DNA of 60,740 bases, filler included. It is 4 parts of 4 records of this genome, joined end to end, with 100 filler letters (N's around TTAATTAATTAA, not from the genome) between each part and the next. Parts side by side here need not be neighbours in the genome. Positions count along the whole stretch, not along the records: positions 1 to 17,269 come from DRR378314_2222; 3 more parts are not named here. One strand, given 5' to 3'. Position 1 is the stretch's first letter; the number at the start of each line of letters is the position of its first letter. The notes under the pieces were generated by a model. It was given only the letters and a program-made list of their open reading frames with translations, ran no database searches and was not told where the DNA came from. Made by a program: the position numbers and the translations under genes. Positions 1 to 10,764 of this stretch are shown piece by piece.

Positions 1-1
1 T

Positions 2-64
2 GTCTTCAAAATCTCCGTTCTCGATCAGGTCGGTGCCGACCCAAGAGGGAAGCGTCTCATCCAT
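2..64 (-). CDS. 5' end of a gene truncated by the contig edge (MDETLPSWVGTDLIENGDFED...), possibly a secreted or CBM-like domain protein
   Basis: Manual translation from ATG at 64, with GTAGGA just upstream. Open to the contig end. LIxNGDFE resembles the start of galactose-binding-like/CBM4_9 folds. Too short for the ORF track. Confidence 0.4.
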   Translation of the reverse strand, partial: MDETLPSWVGTDLIENGDFED

Positions 65-288
65 ATTCCTACACCCATAGATTGTCCCGGCACATAGCCA
101 CTGGTTTTGTCCCAGCCTGTCAAACAACATCTCCCAAGAGGAGAGTTTTGACCAGACCGCACCGGGCCTGACACGACAAACGTGAACCTTGCGCACGCCT
201 GCCCGCCAAATCGGCGCGGGCGGCACAAAATTTGCGATACTGGCAAAACGCCCAACGGATATGCCAGTATGGCGTCAAAGGGACACAC

Positions 289-2070
289 ATGATGACCAAT
301 CAGGGACCAGCCGTTTCCGGCCAGGCCACCCGACATACCTTGCCAGAGCGCAAGCTGTTCGCCGCGCTGGCACAGGCGCGGGCGACATTCATCCAAATCG
401 GTCTGTTCAGTTGGTTTACAAACCTCCTGATGCTGACTGGCCCCCTGTACATGCTGCAGGTCTATGACCGCGTGCTCAATTCACAATCTGTCCCGACGCT
501 GGCCGCACTTACCCTGTTGATGCTGGTGCTCTACACGGCGTGGGGCGCGCTCGAATGGATCCGAACCAGCCTGTTCAATGCCATAGCATCCCGCTTCGAG
601 GCCTCGTTGGGAAACCTTTCGGCTGATGCTGCCCTCGACCTGAGCGTTTCCCATCCCGGCAAGGCTACCGACCGGCCACTGCGGGACTTGCGGCTGATCA
701 GGCGCTTTATCGCCAGCCCGGCTCTGACGGCATTGTTTGATGCGCCCTGGAGCCCAATATTTCTGATCGTCCTATTCCTGCTCCATCCGCTGTTCGGCTT
801 GTGGGCGTTGTTCGGGGCTGTGGTCCTGTTCGGGCTGAGTGTCCTGAACCAGGTCCTGTCGTCCAAATTGCTTGAAGAGAACGCCACGCTGGAACGGCTT
901 GCGCGCCAAAGGGCAGGAGAAATGGTCAGGAGTGTTGAGGTCATAGACGCACTTGGCATGCGCGAACAGGTAAAGGCGCGCTGGAGGCAAGTATTCGATG
1001 CATCCGATTCAAGCCTGTTCAGCTCTCGCAACCGCCTGAGTGGCTTTGCTGCCCTCACAAAGGCGTTCCGGCTTTTCCTGCAATCCGCAATCCTTGGCAT
1101 CGGCGCTTGGCTTGTAATTACCAGTTCCGATGGCTCTTCCACGCCCGGAGAAATGATCGCCGCGTCGATCCTGATGGGCCGCGCGATTGCCCCCATTGAG
1201 CAAATAGTCGGTCAATGGCAGTCGATCATATCCGCCCGCAGCGCCTGGCAAGCACTTTCAATGGCCCTGAGCCGCGCCGCACCTGATATGCAGTCAATGG
1301 CCTTGCCGCCCCTGAAAGGGCACGTTTCGATCGACGCACTGCATGCTGGCCCGCCCGGGGCGGCCCTTCCCGTGCTCCGGAACCTGTCCTTTTCGCTTTC
1401 GCCAGGCGATGTTCTGGGCGTGCTCGGCCCCAGCGCAGCCGGCAAGTCCACACTGGCCAAGCTTTTGACAGGGATCTGGCCGGCATCGCACGGCGTGATC
1501 CGCCTGGACGGTGCCGACATTGCGACACTCGACCCGGTCCGTCGCGGCCAGCAAACAGGATATCTGCCGCAGCAAACCGACCTGCTGTCGGGCACAGTCC
1601 GTGACAATATCTGCCGATTTGATCCCCATGCCCCGGCCGATGCCATTCTGTCCGCTGCGCACGCCGCCGCATGCCACGAACTGATCCTGTCCCTGCCGGA
1701 TGGCTATGATACCGATGTCGGCGAAGGGGGCACATATTTGTCCGCAGGACAGCGCCAGCGGATCGGACTCGCAAGAGCCCTCTACAACGCTCCAGCTCTG
1801 GTCATCCTGGATGAGCCCAATTCAAATCTGGACACGGCTGGCGAAGCCGCTTTGCAAGAAGCAATCGCCGGACTGAAGGCACGCCAGGCGACCACAATCA
1901 TTGTGGCCCATCGGCCAGCCCTCTTGCGACAGTGCACCAAATTGCTTCTTTTGGAGGCCGGAGAGATAAAACTGTTCGGACCGAAAGATGAAGTCCTGCG
2001 TGAGATTTCTTCGCGCCAGCCGGGCCTGAAAGTACGTACAATCGGCACACGGGGAGAGTCCCATGGCTGA
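289..2070 (+). CDS. Type I secretion system ABC permease/ATPase (PrtD/AprD/RsaD family, no C39 domain)
   Basis: LYMLQVYDRVL and FDAPW family motifs, Walker A GPSAAGKS, signature LSAGQRQRIGLARALY, Walker B VILDEPNSNLD. Start placed after the AAAGGGA RBS. Confidence 0.92.
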   Translation: MMTNQGPAVSGQATRHTLPERKLFAALAQARATFIQIGLFSWFTNLLMLTGPLYMLQVYDRVLNSQSVPTLAALTLLMLVLYTAWGALEWIRTSLFNAIASRFEASLGNLSADAALDLSVSHPGKATDRPLRDLRLIRRFIASPALTALFDAPWSPIFLIVLFLLHPLFGLWALFGAVVLFGLSVLNQVLSSKLLEENATLERLARQRAGEMVRSVEVIDALGMREQVKARWRQVFDASDSSLFSSRNRLSGFAALTKAFRLFLQSAILGIGAWLVITSSDGSSTPGEMIAASILMGRAIAPIEQIVGQWQSIISARSAWQALSMALSRAAPDMQSMALPPLKGHVSIDALHAGPPGAALPVLRNLSFSLSPGDVLGVLGPSAAGKSTLAKLLTGIWPASHGVIRLDGADIATLDPVRRGQQTGYLPQQTDLLSGTVRDNICRFDPHAPADAILSAAHAAACHELILSLPDGYDTDVGEGGTYLSAGQRQRIGLARALYNAPALVILDEPNSNLDTAGEAALQEAIAGLKARQATTIIVAHRPALLRQCTKLLLLEAGEIKLFGPKDEVLREISSRQPGLKVRTIGTRGESHG

Positions 2071-3379
2071 TGTCCTGCCGTCTCCTCCAGACCGTGACGT
2101 TCTGGCCCGGCGAGCTGCCGTGCGATCCGCCCGCACCGGTTGGCTAATCGTGGGCCTTGTGTTCGGCGGTCTCGCCTACTGGTCAATTTTTGCTCCGTTT
2201 GAGGGCGCAGTCCTGAGCCGGGGGCAGATCACTGTCGAAAGCAATCAGCAAGCCGTGCAGCATCTGGAAGGCGGGATAGTGAAAGCCATCCATGTCAGTG
2301 AAGCTGACAGTGTCACGCAGGGGCAGGTCCTGATTTCCCTCGACGGCACGGTTGTAGAAGCAGCCACCCGGGCTACTGAATCGCAACTGATTGATTTGCT
2401 GGCCACAGAGGCCCGGTTGGTAGCAGAGCGAGACGGAGGCAACACGCTGACGCTCCGCCACGGCTTCTCTGTGCTCCACGACACACCTCAAATGTCGTCT
2501 GCGCTGGACTTGCAAACATCCCTCTTCCGCACACGGCAGGCTTCATGGAAAACCCAGAGCGAAATTCTGGACCAGCGCGTCCGGCAATTGCAGGCGCAAA
2601 TTGAGGGCATGCAGCGTCAAACGGCGGCCCTGGAAGATCAGCACAGCTTGCTTGACGATGAGATCGTCCGCTTTGACGCCTTGGTCAGTCAGGGAAATGC
2701 TAGCGTGGTTCGCGTTCTGGCGTTGAAACGCGAACGCGCACGCCTAGTGGGCGCGATTCAGTCACTTGGCTCTGACATTGCCGCGACACAGGTACGGATC
2801 GGAGAGACGCGCAACGAAATGATCGGACTGTCCCAGAAAAGAACAGAACAAATTCTGTCACATCTGACGGAGACGCAGAAGAATATCGACGTGCTGTCAG
2901 AGCAATTTAACGCCGACCTGGACAGGCAAAAAAGACTGGTCATCCGCGCGCCCCGCAGCGGACGAGTGATTGGCGTGCGAGCCCATACTGTCGGGGGTGT
3001 GATAGTGGCCTCTGATCCTCTCATGTTCATCGTTCCCGAAGGCGACCGCCTGGTTGCGAAAGTCCAGGTCAGGCCGTCCGATATTGATCGCGTGTCCGTA
3101 GGCCAGAAAGCCATCCTCCGATTTCCGGCATTCGACCAGTCGGAGACGCCTAAAGTCGTCGGTCAGATTGCCCAACTGTCTGCTGATGCCAAAACAGACC
3201 CGGTGACCGGCGCCAGCTTTTTCGAGGCAGTTATCACCTTGTCGGGAGAGTCCGGTCCGGCTCTGGACTTGCTTCCTGGAATGCCTGTCGAGGCCAGCTT
3301 GAAAACAGAGAGCCGGAATGTTCTGTCGTACCTGGTCAAACCTCTGTCAGACTCCCTGTCCCACGCCTTCCGGGAATAG
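2063..3379 (+). CDS. Type I secretion membrane fusion protein (HlyD/PrtE family)
   Basis: N-terminal TM helix, VQHLEGGIV motif, long coiled coil, IRAPRSG and LLPGMPVE motifs. Overlaps the ABC gene stop. Confidence 0.92.
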   Translation: MADVLPSPPDRDVLARRAAVRSARTGWLIVGLVFGGLAYWSIFAPFEGAVLSRGQITVESNQQAVQHLEGGIVKAIHVSEADSVTQGQVLISLDGTVVEAATRATESQLIDLLATEARLVAERDGGNTLTLRHGFSVLHDTPQMSSALDLQTSLFRTRQASWKTQSEILDQRVRQLQAQIEGMQRQTAALEDQHSLLDDEIVRFDALVSQGNASVVRVLALKRERARLVGAIQSLGSDIAATQVRIGETRNEMIGLSQKRTEQILSHLTETQKNIDVLSEQFNADLDRQKRLVIRAPRSGRVIGVRAHTVGGVIVASDPLMFIVPEGDRLVAKVQVRPSDIDRVSVGQKAILRFPAFDQSETPKVVGQIAQLSADAKTDPVTGASFFEAVITLSGESGPALDLLPGMPVEASLKTESRNVLSYLVKPLSDSLSHAFRE

Positions 3380-3474
3380 ACTACGACCGCTGGACTCACC
3401 TGTCATGCACCTGAAACCTGGAAAATCTTCCTCCCGGAAGGATTGGTGCCGCCCGACCAACACATCGTGAAATG

Positions 3475-3513
3475 AAAAGAAAAAACCCCGGACGTTTCCG
3501 TCCGGGGTCTTTT
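3475..3513. terminator. Bidirectional intrinsic terminator between the T1SS genes and rplQ
   Basis: 10-bp stem ACCCCGGACG/CGTCCGGGGT with a TTTC loop, flanked by an A-run on the left and a T-run on the right. Confidence 0.85.
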
Positions 3514-3538
3514 GTAACTCTGTCAGGTAAACCCGGAC

Positions 3539-3961
3539 TTAGTCGTCCATTGCTTCCAGTTCTGCTTCGTGACGTGCGCGGTCAGCGGCGCCCTTGGCGC
3601 TCTCGTCGCGGTCGACCAGTTCCAGAACAGCAACCGGTGCATTGTCACCGTGGCGGAAGCCGGCTTTCAGAACGCGGGTGTAGCCACCATTGCGATCCTT
3701 GTAGCGCTCGCCCATCACGTCGAACAGCTTGCGGACAGCGTCCTCGTTGCGGACTTTCGCCAGGGCCTGGCGGCGAGCCGTCAGGTCACCCTTCTTGGCG
3801 AGGGTCACCAGCTTGTCCATGAGCGGAGCCATTTCCTTCGCCTTTGGAAGGGTGGTCACGATCTGCTCATGCTCGATGAGGCTGGCAGCCATGTTCGCGA
3901 ACATCGCCTTGCGGTGCGATGTCGTCTTGTTCAGTTTACGGTATCCAAGGCGATGGCGCAT
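3539..3961 (-). CDS. rplQ: 50S ribosomal protein L17
   Basis: MRHR...[28 protein letters not shown] and [10 protein letters not shown] motifs. Position after rpoA. Confidence 0.98.
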   Translation of the reverse strand: MRHRLGYRKLNKTTSHRKAMFANMAASLIEHEQIVTTLPKAKEMAPLMDKLVTLAKKGDLTARRQALAKVRNEDAVRKLFDVMGERYKDRNGGYTRVLKAGFRHGDNAPVAVLELVDRDESAKGAADRARHEAELEAMDD

Positions 3962-4008
3962 TGTCGTGTTCCTTAAGGAGGTGGTCAGGCCCCCGATTAC
4001 TCAGTGGG

Positions 4009-5052
4009 CTAGAGGTGGTCGTCGTATTTCTTGGCGAGGCCTTCGATGTCTTCCGGCGGCCAGTCCGGCACTTCCATGCCGAGGTGCAGGCCAAGACCGG
4101 CGAGGACTTCCTTGATCTCGTTCAGGGATTTGCGGCCGAAGTTCGGCGTGCGCAGCATCTCTGCTTCGGACTTCTGGATAAGGTCACCAATGTAAACAAT
4201 GTTGTCGTTCTTCAGGCAGTTTGCCGAGCGAACAGACAGTTCAAGCTCATCGACTTTCTTGAGCAGGACCGGGTTGAAGCCGAGATCGGTTTCTTCGGTC
4301 TGCGTACCCGTATCAACGGTTGGCTCTTCAAAGTTGATGAACAGTTGCAGCTGGTCCTGCAGGATGCGCGCGGCATAGGCCACTGCATCTTCCGGCGTGA
4401 CCGCGCCATCGGTTTCGATGTCGAGGGTCAGCTTGTCATAGTCGAGGACCGTTCCCTCACGGGTGTCTTCAACCTGATAACCCACGCGGCGGACCGGGCT
4501 GTAGATCGCGTCGATCGGAATATAGCCGATCGGAGCGTCTTCCGGACGGTGCGCCTCAGCCGGGACATAGCCCTTGCCGGTCGCAACGGTGAATTCCATG
4601 CGGACTTCAGCGCCATCATCAAGCGTACAGATCACGAGATCCGGGTTCAGGATTTTCGTATCGCCAGACGTTTCGATCTGGCCAGCCTTCACTTCACCCG
4701 GGCCTTTTGCCTTCAGCACCATGCGCTTCGGCGTGTCGCTCTCCATGAAGATCGCAACCTGCTTCAGGTTCAGCACGATGGTCGTGACGTCTTCGCGAAC
4801 ACCCTGGATCGCGGAGAATTCGTGAACGACGTTGTCGATCTGAACGCCAATGATCGCAGCACCCTGGAGAGACGACAGCAGAACGCGACGCAGCGCGTTG
4901 CCGAGGGTCGTGCCATAGCCACGCTCAAGCGGCTCGATCACGAGCTTCGCCTTGCGCTTCGCATCGTATCCGGCCTGGACGACAGGACGGTTCGGACGGA
5001 TCAGCACTTTCCAGTTACGGTCGTTGACGTTGGTGGCTTCAATGTCTGCCAT
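4009..5052 (-). CDS. rpoA: RNA polymerase alpha subunit
   Basis: [22 protein letters not shown] and alpha-[15 protein letters not shown] / [12 protein letters not shown]. Start reassigned to ATG 5052. Confidence 0.98.
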   Translation of the reverse strand: MADIEATNVNDRNWKVLIRPNRPVVQAGYDAKRKAKLVIEPLERGYGTTLGNALRRVLLSSLQGAAIIGVQIDNVVHEFSAIQGVREDVTTIVLNLKQVAIFMESDTPKRMVLKAKGPGEVKAGQIETSGDTKILNPDLVICTLDDGAEVRMEFTVATGKGYVPAEAHRPEDAPIGYIPIDAIYSPVRRVGYQVEDTREGTVLDYDKLTLDIETDGAVTPEDAVAYAARILQDQLQLFINFEEPTVDTGTQTEETDLGFNPVLLKKVDELELSVRSANCLKNDNIVYIGDLIQKSEAEMLRTPNFGRKSLNEIKEVLAGLGLHLGMEVPDWPPEDIEGLAKKYDDHL

Positions 5053-5114
5053 GGGCGACGGATCCTCAGAAGTGAGACAGGCGGCGCGCAATTGCGCCGC
5101 CGGGAAAAAACGAA

Positions 5115-5504
5115 CTAGACGCGGCGGCGCTTCGGCGGGCGGCATCCATTGTGCGGGATTGGCGTCGTGTCCTGGATCGCAGTGACGGTCAGGCCAGCAG
5201 CCTGAAGCGCACGCAGGGCGCTTTCACGGCCAGAACCTGGGCCACGCACGCTGACTTCAACAGTCTGCAGGCCATGCTCCATAGCCTTCTTCGCAGCATC
5301 CTCAGCCGCCATCTGAGCTGCGTAAGGGGTCGACTTACGCGAACCCTTGAAGCCCATCATGCCGGAGGACGACCACGAAATCGTGTTGCCCTGGGCATCC
5401 GTGATGGTGACCATGGTGTTGTTGAAGCTGGAGTTCACGTGAACAACACCAGAGGTGATGTTCTTACGCTCTCTCTTGCGGACGCGGGTCGTTTCACGAG
5501 CCAT
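5115..5504 (-). CDS. rpsK: 30S ribosomal protein S11
   Basis: [40 protein letters not shown]. Confidence 0.98.
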   Translation of the reverse strand: MARETTRVRKRERKNITSGVVHVNSSFNNTMVTITDAQGNTISWSSSGMMGFKGSRKSTPYAAQMAAEDAAKKAMEHGLQTVEVSVRGPGSGRESALRALQAAGLTVTAIQDTTPIPHNGCRPPKRRRV

Positions 5505-5516
5505 TGAAGACTATCC

Positions 5517-5885
5517 CTATTTCTTCTTGCCGGCGATCGGCTTGGCCGGACCCTTGCGGGTGCGGGCGTTGGTGTGGGTACGCTGGCCACGAACCGGCAG
5601 TTTGCGACGGTGACGCAGGCCACGATAGGAACCGAGGTCCATGAGGCGCTTGATGTTCATCGACGTATCGCGGCGAAGGTCACCCTCAACCAGATAGTCA
5701 GCATCGATGGTTTCACGGATCTTGATGACTTCAGCGTCCGTCAGATCGCTCACCCGGCGGGTCGAATCGACGCCGACCTTCTCGATGATTTCGCGAGCCA
5801 TGGCGGGACCGATGCCATGAATGTACCGCAGCGCGATTTCAACGCGCTTGTTGGTCGGAATATTTACGCCTGCAATACGGGCCAA
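5517..5885 (-). CDS. rpsM: 30S ribosomal protein S13 (TTG start)
   Basis: ARIAGVNIP and [35 protein letters not shown] upstream of TTG. Confidence 0.98.
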   Translation of the reverse strand: MARIAGVNIPTNKRVEIALRYIHGIGPAMAREIIEKVGVDSTRRVSDLTDAEVIKIRETIDADYLVEGDLRRDTSMNIKRLMDLGSYRGLRHRRKLPVRGQRTHTNARTRKGPAKPIAGKKK

Positions 5886-5989
5886 GGCCGGTTCTCCTCA
5901 AGCGGACTGTTCAAAACATAAAGAGCGCGCCAAGCCGGAAAAGGTCCGTCCTGCGCGCCGGCGATTAAGCCTAAAGCTAAGAAAACAGG

Positions 5990-6017
5990 CTTATAGCGAT
6001 GGAAATTAATGCGTCAA
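5990..6017 (-). promoter_or_regulatory. Putative housekeeping promoter for rpsM-rpsK-rpoA-rplQ
   Basis: Minus strand TTGACG-16 nt-TATAAG (GCTATAAG) in the adk-rpsM intergenic region. Confidence 0.55.
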
Positions 6018-6033
6018 CCGCGGAATCCCAGCT

Positions 6034-6603
6034 TTAAGCCGTCTCTTTCAGGGCCGCGTCGATTGCGGCAGCAACCGCCTCGATAGAACCCATTCCGTCG
6101 ACTTCTACAAGGATGCCACGTTCGGCATAAATCGGCACCAATGGCGCGGTATCCTCATAGTATTTTTCGAGCCGTTTCGAGAACGTCTCGGGATTGTCAT
6201 CCTTGCGGCCCTGTTCCTCGAACCGCTTGGTGACACGGGCCAGCAGCTTGTCGTCATCGACAAGGATGCGGACCACGCGATTGACAGCATTGCCACGCGA
6301 TTCCAGCAGGCGGTCCAGGGCGTCTGCCTGGCCAACTGTGCGCGGAAAACCGTCAAAGATGAAGCCAGGCGCACCGGCCTGGACTTCGAGTTGTTCATCA
6401 ATCAGGGCGATCACGATCTCATCGGAGACCAGGCCACCCTCATCCATGATCTTGGCAACCTTTTCCCCGAGCTCCGATCCGGAGGCACGTGCTGCGCGAA
6501 GCATATCTCCGGTAGACAGCTGGACGAAGCCGCGCTCCTCCACCAGTCGCTTCGCCTGCGTGCCCTTCCCGGCCGCTGGCGGCCCGAACAGAATTAGGTT
6601 CAT
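6034..6603 (-). CDS. adk: Adenylate kinase (short, LID-less type)
   Basis: GPPAAGKGTQA, LSTGDMLR, DGFPRT, and a short GRKDDN segment in place of the LID. Confidence 0.96.
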   Translation of the reverse strand: MNLILFGPPAAGKGTQAKRLVEERGFVQLSTGDMLRAARASGSELGEKVAKIMDEGGLVSDEIVIALIDEQLEVQAGAPGFIFDGFPRTVGQADALDRLLESRGNAVNRVVRILVDDDKLLARVTKRFEEQGRKDDNPETFSKRLEKYYEDTAPLVPIYAERGILVEVDGMGSIEAVAAAIDAALKETA

Positions 6604-7958
6604 CTCTTACGACCCCCGAGTTTCGACTTCTTGATCATGCCCTCATACTGGTGCGCGATCAAATGCGACTGAATTTGCGTAACTGTATCCATCGTAACAG
6701 ACACAACGATCAGAAGAGAAGTACCGCCGATATAGAAAGGTATCTCTGGGAAATATCGCCGCAGGAGTTCAGGAAGGATACAAACGAACATCAGGTACAA
6801 CGCACCAATGGTCGTCAGTCGGGTCAAAACATAGTCGATATAGGCCGCCGTGTTCGATCCTGGGCGGATACCGGGGATGAATCCGCCATACTTGCGCAGA
6901 TTGTCCGCCGTCTCCTCAGGATTGAACATGATGGAGGTGTAGAAGAAGGCAAAGAAGATCACCATCGCGCCATAGGACACGATATAGGTCCATGAGCCCG
7001 GCGCGAAATTCGTCGCCAGCCAGCCCAGAACGCCGCTCATGGCGCCCGTTGCCTCGGCATCAGCCGGGTTGCCACCCAGGAAGCCGACGGCCGTCAGTGG
7101 CAGCATCAGGATCGCAGAGGCGAAGATGGGCGGGATAACACCGGACGTGTTGATCTTCAGCGGCAGGAAGCTCTTCTGGCCCTGTGCCACGCCATGTGCC
7201 TGCTGGCGCTTCGGATACTGGATCAGCAGACGACGCTGTGAGCGCTCCATGAACACGATGAACACGACGAGCGCGATCACCATGGCGGCAATCGCCACGA
7301 CAAAGGCCACGTTCACAGACGTTGTGCGGGCCTGGGAGATCAGGTTGAAGATCGCCTTCGGCATTTCCGCGATGATGCCGGCAAAAATGATCAGCGAGAT
7401 GCCGTTACCAATGCCGCGCGCGGTGATCTGCTCACCCATCCACATCAGCAGCATGGTGCCGCCGGTCAGTGTCACGACGCCGGTCAGGATGAAGAACCAG
7501 GACGAGATGCCGTCAATGCGGAACCCGGCAAGGCCGCCTGCGATGGCAAAAGACTGAACCAGGGCAAAGCCAAGGGTCAGGTAGCGCGTGTACTGGTTGA
7601 TCTGCTTGCGGCCCGATTCGCCTTCCTTCTTCAGCTTTTCAAGCGTCGGAGACGTGGCCGTCAGCATCTGGATGATGATCGAGGCCGTGATGTAAGGCAT
7701 CACGTTCAGGGCGAACACGCCCATACGCTCCACCGCGCCACCGGCAAACATGTTCATGTTGCCGAGCAGGCCGCCAGACTGGCTTTCGAAGTATTGGGCG
7801 TATTGGGACGGGTCGAGCCCCGGAAGCGGAATGAAAGTTCCGAGACGATAGAGTAGCAGGATCCCGAGGGTAAACAGGATCCGGCTCTGCAGGTCCTTGG
7901 CTTTGGCAAAGCTCCGGAAATTCATGTTCCGAGCCATTTGTTCAGCAGCGTTCGCCAT
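6600..7958 (-). CDS. secY: Preprotein translocase subunit SecY
   Basis: MPYITASIIIQ, GIGNGISLIIFAGI, GVIPPIFAS, GGFIPGIRPG motifs and multiple TM helices. Confidence 0.98.
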   Translation of the reverse strand: MANAAEQMARNMNFRSFAKAKDLQSRILFTLGILLLYRLGTFIPLPGLDPSQYAQYFESQSGGLLGNMNMFAGGAVERMGVFALNVMPYITASIIIQMLTATSPTLEKLKKEGESGRKQINQYTRYLTLGFALVQSFAIAGGLAGFRIDGISSWFFILTGVVTLTGGTMLLMWMGEQITARGIGNGISLIIFAGIIAEMPKAIFNLISQARTTSVNVAFVVAIAAMVIALVVFIVFMERSQRRLLIQYPKRQQAHGVAQGQKSFLPLKINTSGVIPPIFASAILMLPLTAVGFLGGNPADAEATGAMSGVLGWLATNFAPGSWTYIVSYGAMVIFFAFFYTSIMFNPEETADNLRKYGGFIPGIRPGSNTAAYIDYVLTRLTTIGALYLMFVCILPELLRRYFPEIPFYIGGTSLLIVVSVTMDTVTQIQSHLIAHQYEGMIKKSKLGGRKR

Positions 7959-7977
7959 GGGCCGCTTGACCTCCCTG

Positions 7978-8009
7978 AAAAAGCGTTCGCCGCCTAAATC
8001 GGCGGCGAA
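7978..8009 (-). terminator. Terminator-like hairpin between rplO and secY
   Basis: 9-bp stem TTCGCCGCC/GGCGGCGAA followed on the minus strand by CGCTTTTT. Confidence 0.5.
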
Positions 8010-8047
8010 ACAGTATTTGTGAAGGGGTTACCGGTAAAAACCGCCGA

Positions 8048-8527
8048 TTATTCGTCAGCAGCGTCTTTTGCCGGGCCCGTGACGGTCACCTTGCCGCCAG
8101 CCTTCTCAACAGCTTCGATAGCCGCCTTTGAAGCACCTGTCACAGTGATATTCAGATTCTTTGGTGCGTCACCTTTGGCCAGCAGACGCACGCCATCGCG
8201 CACATTGCGAACCAGACCAGCGGCCACCAGAGACTCTTCAGTCACATTCTTGGCGTCCAGCTTGCCGGCGTCGATCGCCTTGCCCAGACGGCTGAGGTTT
8301 ACCCAGGCATGTGTCTTGGAGTTGCGTGCGGTGAAGCCGCGCTTTGGCAGACGCATGTAGATCGGCATCTGGCCGCCCTCGAAGCCGTTTACGGCAACGC
8401 CGGAACGGGACTTCTGGCCTTTGACACCGCGACCAGCCGTCTTGCCCTTGCCAGAGCCGACGCCGCGGCCAACGCGCAAGCGGTTCTTTGTAGAGCCCTC
8501 AGCGGGAGACAGTTCGTTCAGTTTCAT
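8048..8527 (-). CDS. rplO: 50S ribosomal protein L15
   Basis: [24 protein letters not shown] and [17 protein letters not shown]. Confidence 0.98.
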   Translation of the reverse strand: MKLNELSPAEGSTKNRLRVGRGVGSGKGKTAGRGVKGQKSRSGVAVNGFEGGQMPIYMRLPKRGFTARNSKTHAWVNLSRLGKAIDAGKLDAKNVTEESLVAAGLVRNVRDGVRLLAKGDAPKNLNITVTGASKAAIEAVEKAGGKVTVTGPAKDAADE

Positions 8528-8568
8528 CGGTCAATCTTTCGATATCGTGCGGCTGCAGATGGCGGCGA

Positions 8569-8754
8569 TTACTCGCCAACCACCTCAACCAGGTGAGCCA
8601 CCTTGCGGATCATGCCCCGCACGGCTGGCGTATCTTCGAGTTCCTTGGTGCGGCCGACCTTGTTAAGGCCGAGACCCATCAGGGTTTGACGCTGCGCAGG
8701 CTTGCGGCCGATTGGGCTGCCAGTCTGGCGGACAGTGAGTTTGCTCTTGGCCAT
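8569..8754 (-). CDS. rpmD: 50S ribosomal protein L30
   Basis: QTGSPIGR...TLMGLGL...[16 protein letters not shown]. Synteny. Confidence 0.97.
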   Translation of the reverse strand: MAKSKLTVRQTGSPIGRKPAQRQTLMGLGLNKVGRTKELEDTPAVRGMIRKVAHLVEVVGE

Positions 8755-8768
8755 TCTCGTGCCCTTCC

Positions 8769-9350
8769 CTAGTTCGTCGCGTCAGCCATGCCGGCTTCGG
8801 ACGCGCCATCATTGCGGCGGCCGACGACATCCTGAACCTTCAGGCCACGCTTGGACGCAACGGTCCGCGGGCTGTTCTGCTCTTTAAGCGCGTCAAAGGT
8901 CGCACGTACCATGTTGTACGGGTTGGAGGAACCGATCGACTTGCCGACCACGTCCTGCACACCCAGCACTTCCATGACGGCACGCATCGGACCACCTGCG
9001 ATCACGCCGGTACCGGGAGGGGCTGCACGCAGCACCACCTTGCCTGCGCCGTGACGGCCTTTGCCGTCGTGATGCAGGGTACGGCCTTCACGAAGCGGAA
9101 CGCGAACCATGTTGCGCTTGGCTTCTTCGGTTGCCTTGCGGATCGCCTCAGGAACTTCGCGGGCCTTGCCCTTGCCGAAACCTGCGCGGCCCTTCTGGTC
9201 ACCAACGACGACCAGAGCTGCAAAGCCGAAATTCTTACCGCCTTTAACCGTCTTCGCGACGCGGTTGATACCAACCAGCTTGTCGACGATGTCAGACTGC
9301 TCCTCGTCGCGATCGCGATTCCGGCGGCCTCTTCCTCTTTCTTCAGCCAT
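8769..9350 (-). CDS. rpsE: 30S ribosomal protein S5
   Basis: [37 protein letters not shown]. Confidence 0.98.
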   Translation of the reverse strand: MAEERGRGRRNRDRDEEQSDIVDKLVGINRVAKTVKGGKNFGFAALVVVGDQKGRAGFGKGKAREVPEAIRKATEEAKRNMVRVPLREGRTLHHDGKGRHGAGKVVLRAAPPGTGVIAGGPMRAVMEVLGVQDVVGKSIGSSNPYNMVRATFDALKEQNSPRTVASKRGLKVQDVVGRRNDGASEAGMADATN

Positions 9351-9361
9351 AGGGCCTCTCC

Positions 9362-9724
9362 TTAGAATTTGAGACCGCCCTCACGGGCGGCGTCTGCCAG
9401 GGCTTTCACCCGGCCGTGGAACATGTAACCGCCGCGATCGAAGATCACGTCCTCGACACCAGCCTGCTTCGCACGCTCTGCGAGCGCCTTGCCGACCAGT
9501 GCAGCCGCTGCGGTGTCACCACCGGTCTTGGCCGAACCGAGCACGTCCTTCTCCAGCGTCGACGCGGAAGCGAGCGTGATGCCCTTCTCGTCATCGATGA
9601 TCTGGGCGGAGATATTCTTGTGGCTGCGCGCAACCGACAGGCGCGGACGGCCTGCAGCGACCTTCCGGAGCTTGGTACGAACGCGCTGGGCGCGGCGCAG
9701 CATCTTATCGCGTGAGCTTTTCAT
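9362..9724 (-). CDS. rplR: 50S ribosomal protein L18
   Basis: [20 protein letters not shown] and [24 protein letters not shown]. Start at ATG 9724. Confidence 0.97.
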   Translation of the reverse strand: MKSSRDKMLRRAQRVRTKLRKVAAGRPRLSVARSHKNISAQIIDDEKGITLASASTLEKDVLGSAKTGGDTAAAALVGKALAERAKQAGVEDVIFDRGGYMFHGRVKALADAAREGGLKF

Positions 9725-9728
9725 GGGC

Positions 9729-10340
9729 TTACTTCTTCTTGCCTTCCTTACGGCGGACATATTCGCCCTGATAACGGATACCCTTGCCTTTGTACGGCTC
9801 AGGCGGACGGAATTCGCGGATCTTCGCAGCCGTCTGACCGACAGCCTGCTTGTCAGCGCCGGAGACGATCACTTCGGTCGGCTTCGGAGCTTCCAGCTTG
9901 ATGCCTTCAGGCGCCTTGAAGATGACGTCGTGCGAGAAACCGAGCGACAGTTTCAGGTCCGTGCCCTGCATCTGGGCACGATAACCGACCCCGACCAGTT
10001 CCAGAGTCTTCGAATAACCGTTCGACACGCCTTCAACGATGTTCGCGGCGCGGGCACGTGCGGTGCCCCACTGCGTACGGGCGCGGGCGTCCAGGGCTTC
10101 AGCGAAGGTTGGCAGACGGCGCCCACGAGCCTTTTCAGCCTCGATGCGGTCGTTTGCAGCCTGAACCAGGTCTTCGCGCGGCGAGACGGACAGCTCGTTG
10201 TTTTCGAGCTTCGGCGTGATCAGCTCGGACAGGACGAGAGACATCTCACCCTTGGAGCCTTTGGCCTTGATCGTCTGGCCTTCGACCGTGACGGTCGTGC
10301 CATTCGGGATTTCGATCGGGAGTTTACCAATACGTGACAT
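9729..10340 (-). CDS. rplF: 50S ribosomal protein L6 (203 aa, with an internal insertion)
   Basis: [34 protein letters not shown]. Start at ATG 10340. Confidence 0.97.
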   Translation of the reverse strand: MSRIGKLPIEIPNGTTVTVEGQTIKAKGSKGEMSLVLSELITPKLENNELSVSPREDLVQAANDRIEAEKARGRRLPTFAEALDARARTQWGTARARAANIVEGVSNGYSKTLELVGVGYRAQMQGTDLKLSLGFSHDVIFKAPEGIKLEAPKPTEVIVSGADKQAVGQTAAKIREFRPPEPYKGKGIRYQGEYVRRKEGKKK

Positions 10341-10350
10341 GATAGCTCTC

Positions 10351-10746
10351 CTAGAATACGCGGCAGAGCACTTCGCCGCCCACATTCTCGCTGCGGGCCG
10401 CATTGTCAGACATCACGCCTTTCGAAGTCGAAAGGATCGAAATGCCCAGACCATTGCGCACCAGCGGAATGTCGGAGACAGAAGAGTACACTCGGCGACC
10501 CGGCTTGGAGACACGTTTGATCTCCGAGATTACCGGCTGGCCTTCATAGTACTTCAGCTCGATTTCAATATTCTTGTGGCCGTCTTTCTCGACTTCGGTA
10601 AAGCCGCGGATGAAGCCCTCGTCGATGAGGACTTCCAGCACGCGGATGCGAAGCTTGGAAGACGGGGTGACAACCTTTGACATGCCGCGCATCTGAGCGT
10701 TGCGGATGCGGGTCAGCATATCACCGAGGGGATCAGAAATGTTCAT
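10351..10746 (-). CDS. rpsH: 30S ribosomal protein S8
   Basis: [37 protein letters not shown]. Confidence 0.98.
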   Translation of the reverse strand: MNISDPLGDMLTRIRNAQMRGMSKVVTPSSKLRIRVLEVLIDEGFIRGFTEVEKDGHKNIEIELKYYEGQPVISEIKRVSKPGRRVYSSVSDIPLVRNGLGISILSTSKGVMSDNAARSENVGGEVLCRVF

Positions 10747-10764
10747 CTTTGATATCCTCCTCTC

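Noticed and set aside
5079-5110. Hairpin GGCGGCGC/GCGCCGCC between rpsK and rpoA as a terminator
   Set aside because: The T-run precedes the stem on the transcribed strand, so at most it is a stability or processing hairpin.
3539-8527. Absence of rpsD, rpmJ and infA from the spc/alpha region, LID-less Adk, zinc-free S14
   Set aside because: These are common features of alphaproteobacterial genomes.
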